Positions 36,297 to 45,906 of a DNA stretch of 64,000 nt are shown here, in pieces. A program made the position numbers and the translations under genes. The DNA lies in IMG/VR virus record IMGVR_UViG_3300043567_000723; one strand, given 5' to 3'. The notes under the pieces were generated by a model, which was not told the origin of the DNA, did no database searches, and saw only the letters and a program-made list of their open reading frames with translations. Source of the DNA: a virus. Taxonomy: Duplodnaviria > Caudoviricetes. The first letter of the stretch is position 1, and the number at the start of each line of letters is the position of its first letter.

Positions 36297-37934
36297 ATGA
36301 GCGTAACGCCGCAGCAATTCGGTATGCAACTGGGTCAGCAAGCAAAGCAGGCAAACTTAGGCAACGCTTTGCGCGGCCTTGGTATTCAAGCTGGTCGCGC
36401 TGGCTTACGCCTTGGTAACGCTGCCAAGCCGCTTGTCGATGAAGCCACAAGCATGGCGAACACTGGCGCGCAAAGATTGGGCCAGACGATGTTCGGCAAC
36501 CCTGTTCGCGCTGCTGTGTCGGGCGCTGGCTTAGCAACAGCTGGTCTTGCCTACGGTGATCATCTGGCGGCTAAGAACCAAGCGATGTCGCAGCTGAAAG
36601 ACGTTAACAACGACGTGCAGAAGTTCAAGTTAAATGGCGTGGGCAGCGGCATGAAGATGCCGCAAATGCCGTCTAATGGTGTAATGCCGCGCAGCACTGG
36701 CCAAGGCGGTCTTACGGGCGGCGGCGGTCCGTTGTCGATGTCTCTGGCCGGCAAGCAAGCCGGAATCGTACCGAGTGTGTGGGATGCTACTTCTAAAAGT
36801 CTTCAACAGCGCGCTTCTTTACTCCAAGACATGTTTGCAAACTTGCGGCCGCTGGCTGGGCGCAAAGGTTTAAATGCCGTTGGGGCTGCATTTAAACCAG
36901 AAAAATATAACGGTAACTGGGGTCGCGGTTTAACCACGCAGCATCTGAGCAAAATGACCGATGATGCGTCGCAACAGCTCGGTAGCGTGAGTGATAAATT
37001 AGAAAACCTGCAAGATCTTTTTCCATTAAAGAAAGCTTCGCTACTCTCGGCCCTTAGCGGCGGTTTGGGTGCTGGCGTCGGTGGCCTCGCTGGCGGTATG
37101 GGTGGCGGCATGATGGGTGCGCTTACCGGCGGCGCGTTAGGTGGCGCTCCGGGTGCTGGCATTGGTCTGCTCTCTGGCGGCGCGCTGGGCATGGGCGCTG
37201 GTGCGCATCTGGGCGGTAACATCGGCGCGAGCATTGGCAAGAAAAAGAAGAAAGACGACGAGCCTAAGAAAGAAGAATCGGCCGAAAAAGAAGAAAAATC
37301 CGATGAGGGCGAAGAAGAAGTTAAAAAGAGCGCCGCGGCTGTTTTAACTTTGCTGCAGAAAAACAACCCAGAGCAATTTAAAGCAGCGGCGGGCCCGGGC
37401 ACAGCGGAATTCGGCACGAAGGTGACGCCGACGGGTAGCCGACGTGCCGGCCCGATTGTAACTCAGCCGAAGCCGATTCGGATGCCGGTTGGTCCTGCTC
37501 CGGCGGCACGACCTGCGGCTGCTCCGGCTGCTGCTCCGGCGGCTGCTCCGGCGGCACGACCTGCGGCTGCTCCGGCTGCTGCTCCGGCGGCTGCTCCGGC
37601 GGCTGCTCCGGCGGCACGACCTGCGGCTGCTCCGGCTGCTGACCCGCGGCGCCAATATACGCCGTTTGATTGGAATAAATATCCGCACGACCAACAGAAA
37701 AATTTTGAGCGTGACGTGACACGGCGAATGTATACACAGTACGGCGTCCCCGAGCACGCTATGCGGATACCAAAAAGCGCGCCTGATCTATGGCAGAATG
37801 TGCCGCAAGACCAGCGAAAAATGATGGAACGCGATGTGCAAGAGCGGTTGTACGGCCAGTATGGTGGTGTGGAAGCGTTTAATAACTCGATGAGCGACTG
37901 GGCGCAGCGCGAAGCCACACCGCCCGCGCAGTAA
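36297..37934 (+). CDS. Gly/Ala/Pro-rich putative internal virion protein with K-x-A sites (start moved from 36135 to ATG 36297)
   Basis: MSVTPQQFGMQLGQQAKQAN leader; KQA, KKA, KSA and KAA motifs; glycine-zipper GGLAGG..GALTGG segment; PAAA repeats. Confidence 0.7.
   Translation: MSVTPQQFGMQLGQQAKQANLGNALRGLGIQAGRAGLRLGNAAKPLVDEATSMANTGAQRLGQTMFGNPVRAAVSGAGLATAGLAYGDHLAAKNQAMSQLKDVNNDVQKFKLNGVGSGMKMPQMPSNGVMPRSTGQGGLTGGGGPLSMSLAGKQAGIVPSVWDATSKSLQQRASLLQDMFANLRPLAGRKGLNAVGAAFKPEKYNGNWGRGLTTQHLSKMTDDASQQLGSVSDKLENLQDLFPLKKASLLSALSGGLGAGVGGLAGGMGGGMMGALTGGALGGAPGAGIGLLSGGALGMGAGAHLGGNIGASIGKKKKKDDEPKKEESAEKEEKSDEGEEEVKKSAAAVLTLLQKNNPEQFKAAAGPGTAEFGTKVTPTGSRRAGPIVTQPKPIRMPVGPAPAARPAAAPAAAPAAAPAARPAAAPAAAPAAAPAAAPAARPAAAPAADPRRQYTPFDWNKYPHDQQKNFERDVTRRMYTQYGVPEHAMRIPKSAPDLWQNVPQDQRKMMERDVQERLYGQYGGVEAFNNSMSDWAQREATPPAQ
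37495..37640 (+). repeat. Low-complexity coding repeat (GCTCCGGCGGCACGACCTGCGGCTGCTCCGGCTGCT x3 plus GCTCCGGCG units) encoding APAARPAAAPAA
   Basis: Direct reading of the tandem units. Confidence 0.9.
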
Positions 37935-38031
37935 CGCTATAAAAACAAGCCTTAAATTCGCCGGCGACGCGGCGTTACAGCCCCGGTATAATTAGCTCTT
38001 CGAGGCACGGAAGCCTTTAGGAGACCGGAGC

Positions 38032-38382
38032 ATGGCGGCTCGATTTAAATATTATCAGGCCCTCCTGCGGACGCTCAAAAAGGACTGCCCTGCGGCATTT
38101 CCTGTCTCCGTGCGTCGCGTGCAGCTCTCGAAACTAGAGGGCCGTTGCTGGAAACACGGCAAGAAGTTCTACATCCAGATCGATAAAAGTCTGGATGAAT
38201 CTCGCGCCATTGACGTCTTGCTGCACGAATGGGCGCACGCGCGTGGCTGGAATCATCGGCTTGATACAGCTGTAGACGACGCGGCGTTTAATAAGCTCGC
38301 CCATGATGCTGCGTGGGGCGTTGCGTATGCCGAAGTGTATGTGCACTACGAGCGTATTTTCACAAGTCCAGCTGTGTTATGA
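38032..38382 (+). CDS. Small zincin-like HExxH protein
   Basis: IDVLLHEWAHARGW; AGGAG RBS. Confidence 0.65.
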   Translation: MAARFKYYQALLRTLKKDCPAAFPVSVRRVQLSKLEGRCWKHGKKFYIQIDKSLDESRAIDVLLHEWAHARGWNHRLDTAVDDAAFNKLAHDAAWGVAYAEVYVHYERIFTSPAVL

Positions 38383-38516
38383 GCGGGCCCAAGAAGCCTG
38401 CGCCACTATCTCGGGAGTTCTTATTAGCGCAGAAAAAATGTTGCGGCAGAAAATGTCATAACTGCCCATATCTTCCCAAATACTCAGCCGGCAGCACGAA
38501 AGTAAAACCATGTTAA
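38379..38516 (+). CDS. Small Cys-rich protein (DUF5522-like)
   Basis: SREFLLAQKKCCGRKCHNCPY. Confidence 0.6.
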   Translation: MSGPKKPAPLSREFLLAQKKCCGRKCHNCPYLPKYSAGSTKVKPC

Positions 38517-38884
38517 AGTTTTGCGTCGTGTTGTTTTCGTGGCTAGAGCAGTGCTTACCAGTAGCATTGCGTCCACGGCGTATTCTCGACATGCGCCAGC
38601 GAGCCGGAGAATGGCGCAGAGTAAGGGCAGAACATTTAAAGAAATATCCCGTGTGCGAAGTCTGTGGCCGCGATAAAAATCTTATTGTGCACCATATTTT
38701 TCCGGTCAGCGTAGCGCCAGAGCTAGCGTTAGTGGAAAATAACCTGCTTACGATGTGCGAAACCCCATGTCACTTTATGTTTGGGCACTTTTTCAGCTAT
38801 CATTGTTACAATAGGGAAGTGCGTAGCATGGCCAAAAAGTTTCGCGCGCAGTTGCTCAAACGAAAATGTCAACCATTTAAATAG
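38510..38884 (+). CDS. HNH endonuclease
   Basis: CEVCG...VHHIFP...NNLLTMCETPCH; the true start may be ATG 38591. Confidence 0.85.
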   Translation: MLKFCVVLFSWLEQCLPVALRPRRILDMRQRAGEWRRVRAEHLKKYPVCEVCGRDKNLIVHHIFPVSVAPELALVENNLLTMCETPCHFMFGHFFSYHCYNREVRSMAKKFRAQLLKRKCQPFK

Positions 38885-38892
38885 CGTGGATT

Positions 38893-39645
38893 ATGCAACC
38901 ATACGAGTTTGGTTACGCCGTGGGCTCGCAAATGAAACAAGCGGGCGTCTTGGGTGATATCGGCAGCGGTATTTCGAGTGCTGCCAGTGAGATGTGGAAT
39001 CCGACAACGAGCTTGGGCACAGCCGCAAACATCGCGGGCTACATGACGCCGGGCGTGGGTTCCGTACTGGCTGCCCGTGACTTGTATAACAACGTCAGTC
39101 AGGGCAATGTGCTGGGAAGTCTAGGCTCAGCCGGCATGATGGCGCTGGGGCTGATTCCGGGCGCTGGCTTACTCGGCGGCGCAGCCAAAGGACTCGCGCG
39201 TGGCGGTCGAGCTTTAATGGGTGGCGGTCGCGTAGCCCAGACAGTCGGCAAGGGGCTCAACGCCGCGGCTGAGGGCACTATGGCCGCATCCAGAGGCATG
39301 GTCGCGGCGAACCGCGCGGCCACTGGTATTAACTCAAACATATCGCAGGGCATTCAGAAGCATATTCCGCTGGCCCAAACTAGCTGGAAGTCTGTGGGTC
39401 CGATGTCCGTGCCCTTAAATCCGATCAAGTCCACAATGAACGCGGCTATTCGTAATCCGATTAATACGCTGGCCATGACGACCAGCTCGGCGCCGCCAGA
39501 AAACACAGCTGCGCAAATTGGCGCGCAGCAGCTCAGTGGAGCCGGGCCGATTACGCAGCCGGCTACGCCAGCCCCGCGAATTCCCACTTTAAACAGGCCG
39601 ATGGCGCCGGGTTCTTTCCGGCCGCAGCCCATTGCACGTTTTTAA
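38893..39645 (+). CDS. Gly/Ala-rich putative internal virion protein
   Basis: MQPYEFGYAVGSQMKQA leader; YMTPGVGSVLAARDL...ALGLIPGAG segment resembling pre-toxin TG-like motifs. Confidence 0.7.
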   Translation: MQPYEFGYAVGSQMKQAGVLGDIGSGISSAASEMWNPTTSLGTAANIAGYMTPGVGSVLAARDLYNNVSQGNVLGSLGSAGMMALGLIPGAGLLGGAAKGLARGGRALMGGGRVAQTVGKGLNAAAEGTMAASRGMVAANRAATGINSNISQGIQKHIPLAQTSWKSVGPMSVPLNPIKSTMNAAIRNPINTLAMTTSSAPPENTAAQIGAQQLSGAGPITQPATPAPRIPTLNRPMAPGSFRPQPIARF

Positions 39646-39668
39646 CTAGGTTTAACTAGGAGCGTTTC

Positions 39669-40247
39669 ATGAATCCGTATGAGTTTGGCTTTGCCGTTGG
39701 TGCTATGGAGAAGACAGCGGCTATTAATTTGGGCACACTTGGCGCTCGGCTTGCACAGGCTGGTTCTTCTGCCTTAACTGGCGCGAAGACTATTAATACT
39801 GGCGCAAAGCATCTGGTGCGTGGCACTGGCAACGTGGTCGGCGGCCTTGGCAGTGTCGCTGACGCTGCTGGCTCGCTCGCAAAGGGCGTCGGCCGTGGCG
39901 CTATGCAACTTGGCCAGCGTACTAATTCTGTGGCTGACAATATGAACGGCGGCGTGATCAAAGACTTGCTGAAAGTGCTCGGTCACGGCACTCGCGCTGT
40001 TGGCCGCGTGACGCACAGTGCTGGTGGCGGCGCTGGACTGGTCGGTTCTGGTCTCAAGGGCACAGGGCGCGGCTTAAACAGCGTTTCGCAAATGGGCTAT
40101 GGCGTGCCGACTGCTGCGGCGCTTGGCTTAGGTGCCGCTGGTGCTGCCGTCGCGCCGAAAGTCCCGCTACCTAATGTGAACTTACGTTCGCCGCTGGACG
40201 TGGACTTTAGTTACAAGACGCGCAACCCCATTGAAGTGAATTGGTGA
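39669..40247 (+). CDS. Gly/Ala-rich putative internal virion protein
   Basis: MNPYEFGFAVGAMEKTAA leader, paralogous to the leader of 38893. Confidence 0.7.
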   Translation: MNPYEFGFAVGAMEKTAAINLGTLGARLAQAGSSALTGAKTINTGAKHLVRGTGNVVGGLGSVADAAGSLAKGVGRGAMQLGQRTNSVADNMNGGVIKDLLKVLGHGTRAVGRVTHSAGGGAGLVGSGLKGTGRGLNSVSQMGYGVPTAAALGLGAAGAAVAPKVPLPNVNLRSPLDVDFSYKTRNPIEVNW

Positions 40248-40408
40248 TGTGCCCGATTTGTGAGAGCCCGCCGATTGAGATCCGCGGAAAATTAGTGTGC
40301 CCCTTTTGCCATATTATTCTAGAGACGTGTTGCGAAGGCGGCCGCTGCGATTATTCAAAAGAAACTATAGATAACAAAACAGATAACAAAACGGAAGAAC
40401 AACCATGA
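40247..40408 (+). CDS. Small zinc-ribbon protein (53 aa, not in the ORF track)
   Basis: MCPICES...VCPFCH...TCCEGGRC; TGATG/ATGA coupling on both sides. Confidence 0.65.
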   Translation: MCPICESPPIEIRGKLVCPFCHIILETCCEGGRCDYSKETIDNKTDNKTEEQP

Positions 40409-42741
40409 ACGAACTCCATGCTTTTGGTGCTGCGGCTCGTGCTGAACTAGAAAAAGAAGCGGCGCCGAATCTGGGCGCGATGGCTCGATCGCTGGGGAAT
40501 TACGCCACCAAGCGTGTGTTACCCGCGGCAAAAAACCTTGCCAACAAAGCGGTTGAAAAAGCCACGCCGGTTGTAAACAAAGCCACGACAGCGGCCAAGC
40601 CGTACGTAGACGATTTAGCGAATCGCGCGACTGGCGCTGCGAAAGCTGTCGCTGGTAATCCTACGGTACAAGGCGTCGCGTCACGGTTTGGCAACGCGGC
40701 AAATCGCGTAGCCACAGGTGTGGGTACGATTGGCCAGCTGGCGCAAGATGCGACGCGCGGTGGTCTTAATATAGCCGACGATGTTGCGCGTTATGCTATG
40801 AATGGCCCCGGTAGTGCGGCTGCGGCTGGCGGCAAGCTCGGCGACAAAGTAGTCCGCGGCGTGCAGACAGAAGCTGGCCGTGCATTCGGCACGAGCCCCG
40901 TCGGCGACAAGCTGAACCCACTAAATCTAGCCGCTGGCGGTGGCGCTATTTACGGCGCTGGCAAAGCAACTGGTTTGCTCGGCAGTGGAAGCGCTGACGT
41001 GGCAGATCCGACGCCGAATAACTTACAAGAACAGCAACATCGTTCGTATGACATGCAAAAGCAAATGCAGACGAACACGGGCGGTAATAATTCGCAAGGT
41101 TTAATGGGCATGTGGAACAGCCTGCCGCTCGAAGCTCGCTACGCTATTGGCGCTGGCGTTCCTTTGGCATTAGTCGGCGCTGTTATGGGCGGCAGAGGTA
41201 ACACTGGCGCTGGTCTGGGTATGGGCGCGCTTGGTTTAGGCGCCGCTGGTTTGGGCGCGGCTGGCGCGGGCATGTTTGGCGACGGTGCTCGACGCATGGT
41301 TGGCCAAGGTGCAAATGCGCTGTACAGCATGGTTGGCGGCCAGAGCGACCCCATGAGCCAGATGCGCACGCTCGGAAAGCTGAGCCCGGAGTTTGGCACC
41401 ACGGCGCTTATGGGCCGCGACCCGAATCTCAGCGCAGAGCAAGCTCGCGGCATGTATGACTTTATGACGCAGAACCAAGAAGCTATTGAGCGCCTGATGC
41501 CGCAGCTGCAAAACAGCAGCGTGACAAGCGCGCCAGCAATAAAAGCCGGCGCGTATTTCGCCGAGAAGTTAGCTGGCCGCTGCTGGACCGGCTACGAACC
41601 AGTGCCGGGCAAGAAGCCGTATAGCAATGACTCGTGCCGGCCTGTAAGTAAGAAGAAAAAGAAGAGCGAAAAGAAAGCTGCCAGTCCGTTTGGGCCCGCG
41701 CAGCCGATCACTGGTGCTCGGCCGACGATGACGCAAATGCCGCCGAAGCCTGCTGAGAAACCAGTGGCAAAGCGCGATGTCAGCAAGCTTCCGCCGTATG
41801 TCTCGCAAGGCCAGCAGGCAGCAGAGCAGGCAGCCAAGCAGCCGCCAATGAACACGATGGTAAAGACCCAAGCGGCAAAGAAGTTTGCCGGTGTTGCGGG
41901 CCAAGGCAAGACCACGATGAACGCGACGCCCTCAAGCCGTGGCGATAAGAAGTTAGTAGACGACAAGCAGCGCGAGACTAATAGCCCGGTACCGACAGAC
42001 GCCAAGAACAACACGCAAGAAGCTGGTTTGACAGCCGCCGAGAAGCAAGCGTTTGGGGCGGCACTCGGTCGCGCTATTGGTACCGGCGCTAAGGGCTTAG
42101 TGCGCGGCGCTGGTCGAGCCGCTTTTAACGTGGCCGAAGGCGCGGCGAACGCGCTAGCCGACGGCGCAAATTACGTTGGAAAGAACGTTCTTAATATGAA
42201 ACCTTCTTTGCCGTCAGGCGTGCAGCAGGCCGCAAAGAAAGCCCCGGCGTTAGCTGATCCGCCGGGTTGGAATGCACCGTATAATCCCAACATAAGATAT
42301 GCTGATTCAGCTGCTGGAAAAGCTTTTGCCGCCAGCTCGGCTGCTCAACCAGCGCAGTCTATGGGTCAGAAGATCGTCGGCGGCGTCAACGCAGCAGCTC
42401 AAGGTGCGGCTGCCGCTGGCCGTGGCGTCGGAGCCGCTGTAAACGCTGGCGCAAACATCGTAAAGGGTGTAGCGCCGCTCGCGCAGGGTGTCGTCGGCGG
42501 TGTTGGCGCTGCAGCGCAGGGATTAGGTACTGGTGTAAATGTGGCCGGCAAGGCGCTTTCAGCGGCCTCCAAAAGCCCGCTGACCGCTATCCCGACTGCG
42601 GCAGCTGGTATTTACGGCGCCTCGCAAATGGGCGGCATGATGCCCAAGGGCATGCCGAAATTTCAATCGCCCATCACGTGGGAAAATAATAATAACGGTG
42701 TAAAGCCCATGCAGTCGGGCCGCATTAATCAGCCGCTGTAA
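40405..42741 (+). CDS. Large modular Gly/Ala-rich putative internal virion protein with several K-x-A sites
   Basis: EKEAA, EKLAG, EKKAA, KKFAG and EKQAF motifs; embedded RCWTGYEPVPGKKPYSNDSCRP mini-module. Confidence 0.75.
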   Translation: MNELHAFGAAARAELEKEAAPNLGAMARSLGNYATKRVLPAAKNLANKAVEKATPVVNKATTAAKPYVDDLANRATGAAKAVAGNPTVQGVASRFGNAANRVATGVGTIGQLAQDATRGGLNIADDVARYAMNGPGSAAAAGGKLGDKVVRGVQTEAGRAFGTSPVGDKLNPLNLAAGGGAIYGAGKATGLLGSGSADVADPTPNNLQEQQHRSYDMQKQMQTNTGGNNSQGLMGMWNSLPLEARYAIGAGVPLALVGAVMGGRGNTGAGLGMGALGLGAAGLGAAGAGMFGDGARRMVGQGANALYSMVGGQSDPMSQMRTLGKLSPEFGTTALMGRDPNLSAEQARGMYDFMTQNQEAIERLMPQLQNSSVTSAPAIKAGAYFAEKLAGRCWTGYEPVPGKKPYSNDSCRPVSKKKKKSEKKAASPFGPAQPITGARPTMTQMPPKPAEKPVAKRDVSKLPPYVSQGQQAAEQAAKQPPMNTMVKTQAAKKFAGVAGQGKTTMNATPSSRGDKKLVDDKQRETNSPVPTDAKNNTQEAGLTAAEKQAFGAALGRAIGTGAKGLVRGAGRAAFNVAEGAANALADGANYVGKNVLNMKPSLPSGVQQAAKKAPALADPPGWNAPYNPNIRYADSAAGKAFAASSAAQPAQSMGQKIVGGVNAAAQGAAAAGRGVGAAVNAGANIVKGVAPLAQGVVGGVGAAAQGLGTGVNVAGKALSAASKSPLTAIPTAAAGIYGASQMGGMMPKGMPKFQSPITWENNNNGVKPMQSGRINQPL

Positions 42742-42806
42742 GGAGCGTGCGTATCGCTTAAATATCAAAACCTGTTTCTATACCCCACCAAGGAAGGCGG
42801 GACTGT

Positions 42807-43511
42807 ATGGCCACATCACGTCCAGTAAGACGAGCGGAAAAGAAAGCAAAGAAAAAAAACGACCAACAAGAACGGGCAAAGGCAGCGTTAGCGCCGTGTG
42901 AAATTGAGTGGCGCACAGACAGTCAGAAGCGCGCGTGGAAAACGCTGCACGATAATGACATCACGTTCTTGCTCGGCTCTGCTGGTTCGGGCAAGACGTT
43001 TCTTGCAATGGCCTACGCCATTAACGAGATTCTGGCTAAGCGCAAAAGCCAGATTATCTTGACGCGCCCCATCGTGGACGCGGGTGAAAAACTGGGATTT
43101 CTTCCCGGTTCGTTCGGCGAAAAAGTCAATCCATACATGCAGCCGCTGTATGACACGATGGACACGCTTTTGGGTAAGTTCAACGCCAAGCGCGAGTTTG
43201 TGAACAAAGCCATCGTGTTGGCGCCGCTGTGCTACATGCGTGGCCGGACGTTTAACGACTCGATCGTTGTGTTTGACGAAGCCCAAAACGCCACGTACAT
43301 GCAGCTCAAACTTCTGCTCACGCGTTTCGGGCAGAACACGCAAATGGTGATTACAGGCGACCCGCACCAGAGCGATTTGCCGTTTTCTCCGCCGCCGTTA
43401 AACGAAGTTGTTACGAAATTAAAGGGCGTTGCCAGTATAGATACTGTGCAATTTGCCCATAATGACGTCGTGCGGCATCCGATCGTCGCGGCGGTTCTAA
43501 AGAAGCTCTGA
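42807..43511 (+). CDS. phoH: PhoH-like ATPase
   Basis: GSAGSGKTFLA, LGFLPG, YMRGRTF, DEAQN, TGDPHQSDL, DVVRHPIV. Confidence 0.95.
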   Translation: MATSRPVRRAEKKAKKKNDQQERAKAALAPCEIEWRTDSQKRAWKTLHDNDITFLLGSAGSGKTFLAMAYAINEILAKRKSQIILTRPIVDAGEKLGFLPGSFGEKVNPYMQPLYDTMDTLLGKFNAKREFVNKAIVLAPLCYMRGRTFNDSIVVFDEAQNATYMQLKLLLTRFGQNTQMVITGDPHQSDLPFSPPPLNEVVTKLKGVASIDTVQFAHNDVVRHPIVAAVLKKL

Positions 43512-43526
43512 CGCATTGGCAAAGTA

Positions 43527-43555
43527 TTGTGCATTTTTCGTTTGCCGGCTAAACT
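43527..43555 (+). promoter_or_regulatory. Candidate sigma70-type promoter
   Basis: TTGTGC-17 nt-TAAACT upstream of the ferritin-like gene. Confidence 0.3.
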
Positions 43556-43617
43556 TCGCCGACAAGCGTCATTTGCATTGTCGCTATATGGTAAATACTT
43601 TTACGTGAGGGTTGCCC

Positions 43618-44091
43618 ATGACGTTGCCGCAGTTTTTAGAAATCATGAACAGTGATTTAGCGAACGAATGGACGCACTTGCAGTTCTATCTGTATCACGC
43701 AAGCGCTGTCACGGGCTTACACGCGCACGAGTACAAAGAATTTTTAACAGAATCAGCGCAAGGCGAACTGCAGCACGTGCAGGCGTTTTTGGACCGGTTA
43801 TTTGGCTTGAATTACGCGCAGCCGTCCCAGAGCGCCAAGCCATTTGCTGTATCCAGCCGCGTTGAAGATATCATTATCGGCGCCATAAAGCTCGAAGAAG
43901 AGGTCGTGCAGAACTACACGCAACGACTGCAGCAGCTGGATGAACTAGCCGCAGCGCATCCGGTGCAGTCGGCGTATCTTAAAGTGTTCTACGAAGACCA
44001 GTTACAAGACAGCTACGAAGACTGCGAACACTTACGGCGTATTTTAAAAAACGTGACTGGCAGTATAGAGCCACGAAAAACCGGAGATTGA
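43618..44091 (+). CDS. Ferritin/bacterioferritin-like di-iron protein
   Basis: LANEW..LQFY, ELQH, LEEEVVQNY and E..EH ligand spacing of a four-helix bundle. Confidence 0.8.
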   Translation: MTLPQFLEIMNSDLANEWTHLQFYLYHASAVTGLHAHEYKEFLTESAQGELQHVQAFLDRLFGLNYAQPSQSAKPFAVSSRVEDIIIGAIKLEEEVVQNYTQRLQQLDELAAAHPVQSAYLKVFYEDQLQDSYEDCEHLRRILKNVTGSIEPRKTGD

Positions 44092-44093
44092 GC

Positions 44094-44345
44094 TATGCGG
44101 GAGTGTTGCGGCTTGGCGACCAGAGTGCTGCTGCGAGCGGGCTACTCCCACCTGCTCTGCGCCTCTCTGGTAGTGACGCCGCAGAAACTCAGTTGTCCCG
44201 CTGAGTTTTGCACCACACTTGGATAGCCGTGGTGCCGGATACTGGTTGTCGGGTTTCAAACGAGTCCAAGCGCCTCCTTCGCCCCTACGCCATACGAGCA
44301 AAAACAGAGCACGAGCGGCTCCGTTGCCAGTATCCAGCCCGCATA
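44094..44345 (+). ncRNA. Unclassified large structured RNA candidate (about 250 nt) with possible pseudoknot
   Basis: Closing TATGCGGG/CCCGCATA; helices ACCAGAG/CTCTGGT, GAGCGGG/CCTGCTC, AAACTCAG/CTGAGTTT, CACCAC/GTGGTG, GGATACTGG/CCAGTATCC; loop CTTGGA complementary to TCCAAG. Strand not certain. Confidence 0.6.
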
Positions 44346-44372
44346 AAAAAGTGTTAAATAAAGTGTTACACC

Positions 44373-44678
44373 ATGTCACCGCAACGCATCGAAAACGAAA
44401 CGCGCGAAGAAATGCTGCGGCGTATTGATAACGAAATTCGGCGTGAGCGTCGTCTAGAGCGCTGGTTTTTGCGTTCGTTAATGACGTGGTTTTTAATCGT
44501 GGCGGCGTGGCACGTGTGGCCCTACCTGAGCGTCCCAGAGAACTGGCCCATTATGTTCACGTGCCTACGGGCTGTCATGCAAATTGCTGGTTGTGTGGCT
44601 GCGCTACTCGGGTTTCTTGTAACGCTCGCGTGGATTGGATCCGGCGGGCAGCTCTTTAAAGACGACCTGTACGAATAA
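44373..44678 (+). CDS. Two-TM membrane protein
   Basis: Charged N-terminus followed by two hydrophobic helices. Confidence 0.6.
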   Translation: MSPQRIENETREEMLRRIDNEIRRERRLERWFLRSLMTWFLIVAAWHVWPYLSVPENWPIMFTCLRAVMQIAGCVAALLGFLVTLAWIGSGGQLFKDDLYE

Positions 44679-44698
44679 ACAAAAGGAATTGTTTACGT

Positions 44699-45145
44699 AT
44701 GACCATTCATTCACAATCCAAATGGCCAGAAGCCGTGGCCATCGGAGCTGAGGGCGTTTCGTTAGCCATTGCAAAGATGCTGCGGCACAAGATCGTCCCG
44801 TGTGTGCCGATCATCGACATTGGCTACGACTTAGTGTCTGAATACGGCAGTGTCGTGAAACGCGTGCAGATTAAAGCGACCACGCTGATCAACGCGTCTC
44901 GGCCAGAATCCATGCGGTTTTCGCTGTCGAAGCACAAAGCCGGCCTGCACCGCAATGGCTCTTATGTTCCGTCCCAGCGGCGCGTGTATCACCCCAGCGA
45001 CGTTGATGTATTTATTTTTGTGCATGTGCGTTTAAAGAAATTTTACGTAGTGCCGGTCGCTGAGTTAGATTTCAGAAAGCACTACATTACGTTCAACGGC
45101 AAAAGCCCGTGGGCGGATGCTTGGCACGTGCTCAAGGAAGCATGA
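44699..45145 (+). CDS. PD-(D/E)xK endonuclease-like protein
   Basis: GAEG...YDLVSE...RVQIKAT...DVDVFIFV...FYVVP pattern. Confidence 0.75.
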   Translation: MTIHSQSKWPEAVAIGAEGVSLAIAKMLRHKIVPCVPIIDIGYDLVSEYGSVVKRVQIKATTLINASRPESMRFSLSKHKAGLHRNGSYVPSQRRVYHPSDVDVFIFVHVRLKKFYVVPVAELDFRKHYITFNGKSPWADAWHVLKEA

Positions 45146-45576
45146 ATCCTTACCGCAACACAACGATCGCCATAGATTTTGACCGCACGTTCACGAGTGA
45201 CGTGGACATGTGGCGCGTGGCTATTAAATTATTTGCCAGCCGCGGTCATAAAGTTGTTTGCGTGACTGGGCGCACAGACTCGGTCGCTAATCGGCTCCAA
45301 TTAGCTGAGATTTTTGGCGAAGCAACGTTTAAACTGCTCAGTGGTTGCATTTTTTGCAACCACTCACCCAAACGAGAAACAACGCGGCGGCACGGCTACA
45401 AAATAGACATCTGGATTGATGACTTACCAGAAGGCGTGGGCGCAACAGATCCGCGAGAGTTTAAAAAACTAGAAGACCAATTTGACGTCTGCGAGACACT
45501 CCCTATTTTCACGCCAAAAGCAGTAAACCCTTATACTGTTTGGGAGCCTAAAACCACAGACGCCAGCTTTAAATAA
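45142..45576 (+). CDS. HAD-superfamily phosphatase
   Basis: IAIDFDRTF (motif I), CVTGR (II), K (III), IDIWIDD (IV); ATGA overlap with the previous gene. Confidence 0.8.
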   Translation: MNPYRNTTIAIDFDRTFTSDVDMWRVAIKLFASRGHKVVCVTGRTDSVANRLQLAEIFGEATFKLLSGCIFCNHSPKRETTRRHGYKIDIWIDDLPEGVGATDPREFKKLEDQFDVCETLPIFTPKAVNPYTVWEPKTTDASFK

Positions 45577-45583
45577 CAAAATT

Positions 45584-45904
45584 ATGGATTACGTCGTATA
45601 TGCCCTTGTCCCAGTTGCTTTTGTGCTTGGTTACGTTGTGGGCCGGGTGGATTTTATTGCAGATCGGCTTAGAGAACCGACTGGCACGACATACCAATCG
45701 CCCCTTGCGCGCAAAACGAGCGCCAAAACAGCTACGGCACCCGCCGCCGCCCAACGCATAGACATTGATACTGCCATTGTCACCGGCGCTATTGATACGT
45801 CGGGCATGCAACGAGCCGGCGCAAAAGAGATGGGCAAAACGACTTCGACCGCAGATAATATTTCTTCTTCTGTTTCCAAATTAGCGCAGTTAAAAGGAAA
45901 ATAA
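45584..45904 (+). CDS. Small membrane-anchored protein preceding the actin-like gene
   Basis: N-terminal TM segment; C-terminal helix NISSSVSKLAQLK. Confidence 0.65.
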   Translation: MDYVVYALVPVAFVLGYVVGRVDFIADRLREPTGTTYQSPLARKTSAKTATAPAAAQRIDIDTAIVTGAIDTSGMQRAGAKEMGKTTSTADNISSSVSKLAQLKGK

Positions 45905-45906
45905 CC

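Noticed and set aside
37495-37640. Tandem repeat as a CRISPR array
   Set aside because: No unique spacers; in-frame Pro/Ala coding repeat; no cas genes.
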